Assembly: GCA_016207165.1 (NCBI GenBank)
Contig: JACQQD010000008.1
Location: 1-64,000, forward strand
DNA: 64,000 bases
From: Candidatus Micrarchaeota archaeon
GTDB lineage: Archaea; Micrarchaeota; Micrarchaeia; Norongarragalinales; Norongarragalinaceae
Direction: 5' to 3'
Of this stretch, positions 57,743 through 64,000 are shown in pieces (the stretch's first letter is position 1; every line of letters starts with the position of its first letter). The position numbers and the translations under genes were made by a program. The notes beneath the pieces are model-generated. The model made no database searches. It saw nothing but the letters and a program-made list of their open reading frames with translations, and was not told the DNA's origin.

Positions 57743-59518
57743 ATGCGTGCCTGGGTTGCGGCGCTGGTTTTCCTTGGAACCGTATCCGCTCTCAGCGTAA
57801 CGCTTACGTCGCCATCCGACGGCCTTCTTTCTTCGTCGGCTTCCCACGTGTTTTCGTTCACGGTGGACTCCAACGTTTCCTGGTGTGCGTTGTACTCCAA
57901 CCAATCCGGTTGGGCCGCGGTGCAAAACCAATCCAGTGCAACCTCATTGAATCATTCGATGCCCGCCGATGGCTCGTACCTTTGGGGGGTTTCCTGCGCG
58001 GACGCGAACGGCACTTCATTTTCTTCCAACCGCACCCTACGCGTTGACGCCACGGCCCCCTCCGCGGTGTCCAACCTGTCGGCGTCCGGCACCACGTCGG
58101 CCACGCTTTCCTGGAACGCGTCCTCTGACAATTCCTCCGTCACGTACACGGTCTCCCGCAACGGCACCGCGGTTTCCACCGGGCAGTCGGGGCTGGCGTT
58201 TTCCGAAGCCGTGACATCCGGTCAATCCTACAATTACTCCGTTCAGGCCGTGGATGCCGCCGGCAACGCGGGCCCCGCCCAAAACGTGGTGTTTCACGCG
58301 CCGGCCGCTTCGGTGGCCATTTCCGGCTTGAGTGTTTCAACCACGCCATCCACGGCCACGTTTACTTGGACCAATACGCCGGCGGCCAACGCGTCTGTTT
58401 CGTACGGCAACCAAACCGCGGTGCTGGGCATCGTGTCCAACCCCACCCCCGGTTCCAGCCCCTCGCTTTCCATTGCCGGACTATCTGCGGCCATGACATA
58501 CCCCTACAACGTCACGGCGTGCACCACCACGTGCACCCAAGTCTCCGGCTCGTTTGCCACTAAGCCGTCATCGTATCCTTCGCCCTCCCAAATCCAAAAC
58601 ATCAACTCGACGGCAAGCCTTCCCGCACTTTTTTCCGCGTTCTGGACGGACTCCCTGAATTTGTCTCACTATGTTTTCTCCACCAACGTGTCGGGGTCCT
58701 GGGTCAACACGACGTATGCCTTCAACGGTTCCTACAGCAACCACTCCATGATTCTTCCATCCACGGCCATGACCATTGCGTGGCAGTTCTTTGCCAACAA
58801 CTCCCAGAACGCCTTCAACTTCACGCCCGTGAAAAACGTCACGGTCCAACTCCCCGCGCCTTCGGCGACTCCCACGCCCGCCGTGGCCACGCCGTTTCCC
58901 ACGATTCCACCGCAACTGGTCAAAGCCACGCCGACTCCCGAGGCGCCCGCCGCCACCCCAACACCCACGCTGGCACCCGTCGAAGAAGCATCTGCGGAAG
59001 CGTTGCCTTCGGCGCCGCCGAATTTCTCGGGACAACTCGTCGAGTTGGTGGTCAACGCCGAGGGCGCCGAGTTCGGCTTGAGTCCCGAGGGGCTCTTGGT
59101 GTCTCTGGTTGCTCCCAACGCCACCGTGTCTTTTGCATCCCAATTCAACAACACCGGATCCGGAGTCACCGTGGTCTTGCGATCCGAGTTGACGGGTGAC
59201 TCCGGCGTTTTGCTCTTGGAATCCGACCCCGTCACCGTCCGGTCCGGCCAGTCCATTCACCTTGAGACTCGGCCGCAAACCGTGCCTTCCGGCGTCTACG
59301 ACGTGAAAGCCGAAGTCGTGAACCTGGAAGCCGGCACCGTCCTTTTCGCTACGACGGGTCCTCGCGTCCACATCCAGTCGACGGCAAAGGCTCAAAACGC
59401 GTTCACGGGTCTTTTTTCCGGAGGCGACGCCTCCGTGGCTTTCGGCGGACTGGCGTTGGTCTTGGGCGTCGGCGTGTTTTTGGTGCAACAGCTCGCTTCA
59501 CTCAAGAAAGAGTTCTGA
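57743..59518 (+). CDS. fibronectin type III surface glycoprotein
   Basis: Signal peptide, FN3 motifs (LSWNASSDN, VQAVDAAGN), many NxS/T sequons, P/T linker, C-terminal TM. Confidence 0.88.
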   Translation: MRAWVAALVFLGTVSALSVTLTSPSDGLLSSSASHVFSFTVDSNVSWCALYSNQSGWAAVQNQSSATSLNHSMPADGSYLWGVSCADANGTSFSSNRTLRVDATAPSAVSNLSASGTTSATLSWNASSDNSSVTYTVSRNGTAVSTGQSGLAFSEAVTSGQSYNYSVQAVDAAGNAGPAQNVVFHAPAASVAISGLSVSTTPSTATFTWTNTPAANASVSYGNQTAVLGIVSNPTPGSSPSLSIAGLSAAMTYPYNVTACTTTCTQVSGSFATKPSSYPSPSQIQNINSTASLPALFSAFWTDSLNLSHYVFSTNVSGSWVNTTYAFNGSYSNHSMILPSTAMTIAWQFFANNSQNAFNFTPVKNVTVQLPAPSATPTPAVATPFPTIPPQLVKATPTPEAPAATPTPTLAPVEEASAEALPSAPPNFSGQLVELVVNAEGAEFGLSPEGLLVSLVAPNATVSFASQFNNTGSGVTVVLRSELTGDSGVLLLESDPVTVRSGQSIHLETRPQTVPSGVYDVKAEVVNLEAGTVLFATTGPRVHIQSTAKAQNAFTGLFSGGDASVAFGGLALVLGVGVFLVQQLASLKKEF

Positions 59519-59521
59519 TTT

Positions 59522-59854
59522 TCAGCGCTTAAAATAAAAGAAAAGCAAGATCAGCGACGCGGCGCCAGCCAGCGTGATGTCGAGGTTCAACGCGAACACG
59601 GCCAACAAGATGGCGGCCAAGCCCACCATGAAGAAGGTGAGTTTGTCCATGCCGAACACCGTTCCCGTCTCCTGGTACGCGGCCGGCGCTTGGGCTTCGC
59701 CGGTGGCGGGAACGCTTCCCTGGCTTAACGGTTGAACGTTGCCGGTTTGGGGGTCGACTTGCACGGCGAAACCGCAGTTCTTGCAGTACACCACGCTGTT
59801 TTGGGGGTCGACATCCAAGTTGGGGTTGCCGCACTGGGGACAGGCCACGTCCAT
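59522..59854 (-). CDS. zinc-ribbon membrane protein
   Basis: CPQC...CKNCG plus two C-terminal TM segments. Confidence 0.8.
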   Translation of the reverse strand: MDVACPQCGNPNLDVDPQNSVVYCKNCGFAVQVDPQTGNVQPLSQGSVPATGEAQAPAAYQETGTVFGMDKLTFFMVGLAAILLAVFALNLDITLAGAASLILLFFYFKR

Positions 59855-59944
59855 GCAAGGCTTAACGCGGACTCCGTTTAAAAGGTTTCATCCCCGTTCG
59901 CGGTGATAGCTTAAAATAGCTTTCCCGGCTAATTCGTTGCCGTT

Positions 59945-60568
59945 ATGCCCTTTCGAAAATTCATCAACTGGCTGACGAGTCTATTTGGTTCGAAGAAGTC
60001 CTTCTCTCTGGGTTTGTACGGCAACGTCAACGCCGGAAAAAGTACGCTCGCCAACCGCATTTCTAAGGATTGGACCGGCGAGGAAATGAGCCAAGTCTCG
60101 GAGATTCCCCACGAGACGCGCGAAGTCATCAAAAAAGAACGCGTTTCGTTGCAAGTGGACGGCGTGTCCATCACCATGAATTTGTTGGACATGCCCGGCA
60201 TTGCCACGAAAGTGGACTACCGGGACTTCGTCAAACGGGGGATGAAGGCCGCCGACGCGCAGAAGCGCGCCAAGGAGGCCACCAAAGGCATCATCGAAGC
60301 CATCAAGTGGCTGGAGCACGTTGACGCGGCTCTGCTTGTCATGGATGCGTGCGAGGATCCCTACACCCAAGTCAACATCACGATTCTGGGCAATTTGGAG
60401 GCGCGCAAAATCCCGGTCATCATCGTGGCCAACAAGATCGACAAGAAAAACGCGAAACCCGACCGCATCAAAAACGCGTTCCCCCAGCACCGCCTCGTCG
60501 AAGTTTCCGCCTTGAAGGGCACCCACGTCGACAAGCTCTACAAGGCCATCGCCGAATGCGCCAAGTGA
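59945..60568 (+). CDS. oapA: Era-like GTPase OapA
   Basis: GNVNAGKS, PHETR, DMPG, ANKID, EATKG. Confidence 0.9.
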   Translation: MPFRKFINWLTSLFGSKKSFSLGLYGNVNAGKSTLANRISKDWTGEEMSQVSEIPHETREVIKKERVSLQVDGVSITMNLLDMPGIATKVDYRDFVKRGMKAADAQKRAKEATKGIIEAIKWLEHVDAALLVMDACEDPYTQVNITILGNLEARKIPVIIVANKIDKKNAKPDRIKNAFPQHRLVEVSALKGTHVDKLYKAIAECAK

Positions 60569-60578
60569 TGAACCAACC

Positions 60579-60935
60579 ATGGGCATCGAACTGCAATTCA
60601 TTTCCGCCGAGGCGCTTCGTGACAAGACGCCGCCCCAGAAAGTCGAATTCATTTTGGAAGAAATCAAGAAATCCAAGGATCGAATCCTCGTGATTGAAGG
60701 CTCGCTTTCCAACGTGGAAGAGCGCGAACTGATTGCCAAGACCATGCAGTTGGTGTCCAAAAAGTTTCCCGGCATTGAAGTGGCTTCCCTGGGGGAACAG
60801 TCCTCGGACTTCAAGGCGCAGCTCATCAAGCTTCTCGGAGGAAAGCCCGCGGGGTTGACCGTCGTGGGGCCCTCGACGCTCGTCAAACAGATCAAGCGCG
60901 ACCCGAACAAGCTGAGTTTGTTGACGGGAAAGTAG
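60579..60935 (+). CDS. oapB: DUF2073 / OapB protein
   Basis: LIAKTM, FPGIEV, GLTVVGP. Confidence 0.88.
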   Translation: MGIELQFISAEALRDKTPPQKVEFILEEIKKSKDRILVIEGSLSNVEERELIAKTMQLVSKKFPGIEVASLGEQSSDFKAQLIKLLGGKPAGLTVVGPSTLVKQIKRDPNKLSLLTGK

Positions 60936-60940
60936 CGGGT

Positions 60941-61501
60941 TTACTTTTCAAACTCGTCGCCTTCAATTTCCTTCCTGAGGCGTTCCTGAATTTCAGCAAT
61001 CTGGCCCAAATCGTTTTTTATCATTTTTCGAGCCGTGGATCCTGTTGGAGGAACGACGCCCGACATGATTCCTCGCATGTTTCTCTTAAATTGTTCTAGG
61101 GCGTCTCGCTCTTCGGCGGTTATGCCGGGTCGAATTCCAAGTTCTTGCAATACTTTCAAGCCAACGTCAATTGGGTGATCCGAATGCGTTCCAACGTATA
61201 TTCCTGCTGTTTTTGGGCCGTGGCTTCTTGCAGGAGCAATTGATCCGTTCGCAGCCGTTAATACTTTTTCAAGCGTTCGCCGATCCACGATTTTGACCCG
61301 GCCCAATCCGGTGTCAACGACAACCTCTTCCAGTTCACGCTCTCCATATACGTTGCCCCTTAATTGACGCAGAAACTCCTCATTGACTTGCATAGGAAGT
61401 CCGCCTAAACGCAACTGGTCGCTTTTCAATCCCAATTTTTTTTGGGCCCCTGGACTTTCCAACCCTGTTTCCGCAAACGCGCGCTGAAGAGTCTCTTTCA
61501 T
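60941..61501 (-). CDS. hypothetical protein (visibly lower GC)
   Basis: 186-aa ORF between oapB and oapC on the opposite strand. Confidence 0.62.
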   Translation of the reverse strand: MKETLQRAFAETGLESPGAQKKLGLKSDQLRLGGLPMQVNEEFLRQLRGNVYGERELEEVVVDTGLGRVKIVDRRTLEKVLTAANGSIAPARSHGPKTAGIYVGTHSDHPIDVGLKVLQELGIRPGITAEERDALEQFKRNMRGIMSGVVPPTGSTARKMIKNDLGQIAEIQERLRKEIEGDEFEK

Positions 61502-61610
61502 GACGTCCTTTCGTTAGAGGCCATAAAAACGGTTGCCTTGGCGGGTTTGCTTGTTGCATACACAAGGTTTTAAGCCACAATTCTCCAGCTTTTAATTGGT
61601 CCAGTATTTC

Positions 61611-61967
61611 ATGTCCCACAAGTGCGTGCGCTGTTCCAGCGTGTACCCCAACAATTCCCCGGAACTCATGCGGGGCTGCACCTGCGGGTCCCGCGTCTTT
61701 CTTTTTTTGCGCGAGGAATCCGACGAAATCCAACCCGGCCACGACCCGGAAGCCAAGGATTACGGCTGGCTGGAAGACGAGCTCTCCTTTTTAAGCAAGG
61801 AAAAACCCGTGTCCGTGGATGTGGACGCCGTCGAGAATTTGCGCATCCTGGAAAAAGGCGCCTACGAACTCAACTTGCATTCCCTGATGAAGGGCGAGCC
61901 CTTGGTCATCAAGTCCGACCAACACGTGTACTACGTCAAACTTCCGAACCCCAAGGAATCCAAGTAA
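61611..61967 (+). CDS. oapC: Zn-ribbon OapC (DUF2072)
   Basis: MSHKCVRC...GCTCGSRVF, GAYELNL. Confidence 0.88.
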   Translation: MSHKCVRCSSVYPNNSPELMRGCTCGSRVFLFLREESDEIQPGHDPEAKDYGWLEDELSFLSKEKPVSVDVDAVENLRILEKGAYELNLHSLMKGEPLVIKSDQHVYYVKLPNPKESK

Positions 61968-61975
61968 CTTGCTAT

Positions 61976-62161
61976 ATGGCCATTTTGATGTTCATCACTG
62001 GCGGCACCATCGACAAGGCCTACAAAGGCCCTCCGCACGCCGGCTACGAACAACAGAAAACCTTCATCCACGACATGCTTGTTCAGTGCCGCGTTGATTT
62101 GTTTTTTCGTACACGGTCGAGTACTACGTGCACGACCCCGCCAAGGAGTGAACGGCTTTGA
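61976..62161 (+). pseudogene. truncated asparaginase-like fragment
   Basis: MAILMFITGGTIDK.Y start typical of short asparaginases; ends after about 60 codons. Confidence 0.6.
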
Positions 62162-63666
62162 AGTGGCTGAAAGTCGAGGAAATCAAGCCCTTTCCCCTGA
62201 GTCCCTGCGACCAAATCTATGCGCACGCCGCCTTGGTCGTCAAGGAACTCTTGGGCAAACCCATTCCCGGTTTTGCTTTCCATTACCAGGACTACGGCAT
62301 CGAGTTTCTCATCGCCGACGAAGACCGCATGGACCTTGGAAGTCGCATCCTGGACCGCATCGCCGATAAACGTTTCACCGACCGCGTCGTTTTCGAAGGC
62401 TTGGCGGCCTGTGAACAACTTCTGGAATTGGCCGAACCGTTTTCCAAGTCGAACGAGTATTCCAACAATCAACTCGCCGACCGTTTTGAAAGATACCTTG
62501 GGCTCTTGGGCAAATCCATGGGCTACGGCTACCTTGGAAACCTCTTGGACTACGCCTCCGACGAGGTCGACAACGTCCTAGTCGAAAAACTGGAGAAAAA
62601 CGTGTTCTCCAAGGTGTCCGACCGGCGGCAGGCCATCGACGTCCTGTTGGCCTTGACTACGCCGGATGAAGTCACGTACCCCAACTTGGAGCACCGGGAG
62701 TTTTTGAAACTCGCGGCCGACGTTTCATCCAACCCCGCCGCCCAAAAAACGCTCCTGAAGGAAAAGCCGGAAACCCTGTCCGCCGTCTTCCAGGAAAAAT
62801 TCCCGGACTTGGCCTCTGAAATTGACGCTCACCAACGAAAATGGGTGTGGCTGTCGTTTCTGTTCGTGGGCCCGGCCAAGTGGACGCATTCCTACTTTTA
62901 CGGTTTGCTTTCCACCATGGCGAAAAGCGGTGAAGACCCATCCGCCGAACTGGCACGCCTGGAAAGCCAGCCGAATCAAATCAAGGCTGCCCGGAAAAAA
63001 GCGGGAAACATGGTGCCCGACGACGCGTACTTTTACGCGGCGCGCACGCTTTCGTACCTGAAAGCCATGCGCAAAGACGCGCAAGTGCATTCCTACTATT
63101 ACCTGGATGGCTTCTACAAGCACGTCGCCAAGGTTTTCGGGTTGTCGCCGACCCAGGCGCGTTTCCACACCAGTGAAGAACTTCTGGACGTTCTCCGCGG
63201 CGGCGCCCAACCGGATGCCGCGAAAGCCAACGCGCGCTTCAAGCAATGTTTTTTCTCTACGTATCACGGAACCGTTCAAGTCGTTGACGGTAAAGACGCG
63301 GCCGACTTAGCCCAGGACGTGCGGCGGCCGGTTGCGGTTGAAGCCGACGAAGTCAAAGGCAGTTGCGCGTGCCCCGGACAGGCCGTGGGCATCGTCAAAA
63401 TCGTCAACACCGTCGAGGAGGCATCCAAAGTCAATTCCGGCGACGTGCTGGTATCGTACGCCACCAACCCGGAGCTGGTGTCCGCCATGCGAAAAGCGGG
63501 AGCCATCGTTACCGACATGGGGGGACTCACGTGCCACGCCGCCATCGTCGCCCGCGAACTGGACAAGCCGTGCGTGATCGGCACCAAGCACGCGACGCGG
63601 GTCTTTCGGGACGGTGACCGCGTGGCTGTGGATGCCGATTCAGGCATCGTGCGAAAGTTGGATTGA
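62158..63666 (+). CDS. PEP-utilizing phosphohistidine (swivel) domain protein
   Basis: C-terminal GGLTCHAAIVARE, GDRVAVDADSG; long helical N-terminal region. Confidence 0.88.
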   Translation: MKWLKVEEIKPFPLSPCDQIYAHAALVVKELLGKPIPGFAFHYQDYGIEFLIADEDRMDLGSRILDRIADKRFTDRVVFEGLAACEQLLELAEPFSKSNEYSNNQLADRFERYLGLLGKSMGYGYLGNLLDYASDEVDNVLVEKLEKNVFSKVSDRRQAIDVLLALTTPDEVTYPNLEHREFLKLAADVSSNPAAQKTLLKEKPETLSAVFQEKFPDLASEIDAHQRKWVWLSFLFVGPAKWTHSYFYGLLSTMAKSGEDPSAELARLESQPNQIKAARKKAGNMVPDDAYFYAARTLSYLKAMRKDAQVHSYYYLDGFYKHVAKVFGLSPTQARFHTSEELLDVLRGGAQPDAAKANARFKQCFFSTYHGTVQVVDGKDAADLAQDVRRPVAVEADEVKGSCACPGQAVGIVKIVNTVEEASKVNSGDVLVSYATNPELVSAMRKAGAIVTDMGGLTCHAAIVARELDKPCVIGTKHATRVFRDGDRVAVDADSGIVRKLD

Positions 63667-63675
63667 ATTTCCGGG

Positions 63676-64000
63676 TTACTCTTCGGGAACGTGTTCTTTT
63701 TCCCACCATTTCTGTACTTCTTTCAAGGTTTGGTTGGCAGGGTGTTCTTCTTGAAGGGCGACGAGGCGGTAGTTGCCGTTTCCGTCGTGCTGGATGGTGA
63801 CTCCGGTTAAATCTGTTTTCAAGCCGTTGTGTCCGTTGGAGGCCAGCAAAACATTCCGTATGTTCTCTTCTTTTCCCGGCGTTCCTTTCAAGTGAAAAAC
63901 CACTTTTCGAATCCTTCCAACGCGGACCCCCTTTTCAGGGTCAAGAGCGCCCTTTGCTTTCGAGAAGTAGTCTTTGGCTGACGCTCCCACTTCTCCAACG
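63676..64000 (-). CDS. hypothetical protein, probably partial
   Basis: Reading frame appears open to the window edge. Confidence 0.5.
   Translation of the reverse strand, partial: VGEVGASAKDYFSKAKGALDPEKGVRVGRIRKVVFHLKGTPGKEENIRNVLLASNGHNGLKTDLTGVTIQHDGNGNYRLVALQEEHPANQTLKEVQKWWEKEHVPEE

Overview
Archaeal chromosome segment, most likely a DPANN archaeon of Micrarchaeota type. This is inferred from the divergent rRNA, tRNA-Ile(UAU), GatDE, aIF6/L31e/L39e and compact operons. It contains the 3' end of 16S rRNA, tRNA-Ala and a 23S rRNA with no adjacent 5S, three more tRNAs (two with BHB introns), translation/chaperone operons, an ArgJ-type arginine operon, pdxST, a large type IV pilus locus, oapABC and several ORFans. 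Highlights: (1) the 23S sarcin-ricin loop is split by two tandem BHB introns around a 5-nt micro-exon, and the second splice motif forms fully only after the first intron is removed; a group I intron also sits at L1931. (2) A family of ~75-135 bp GC-hairpin elements follows all four tRNA genes and one pilin gene, each followed by a duplicate of the target gene's 3' end. (3) Two paralogous ~28-aa NYPGFQ micro-proteins are hidden in the arg operon. (4) The peptidyl-transferase centre has a cluster of substitutions at antibiotic-resistance positions. All calls come from manual reading; no searches were run.
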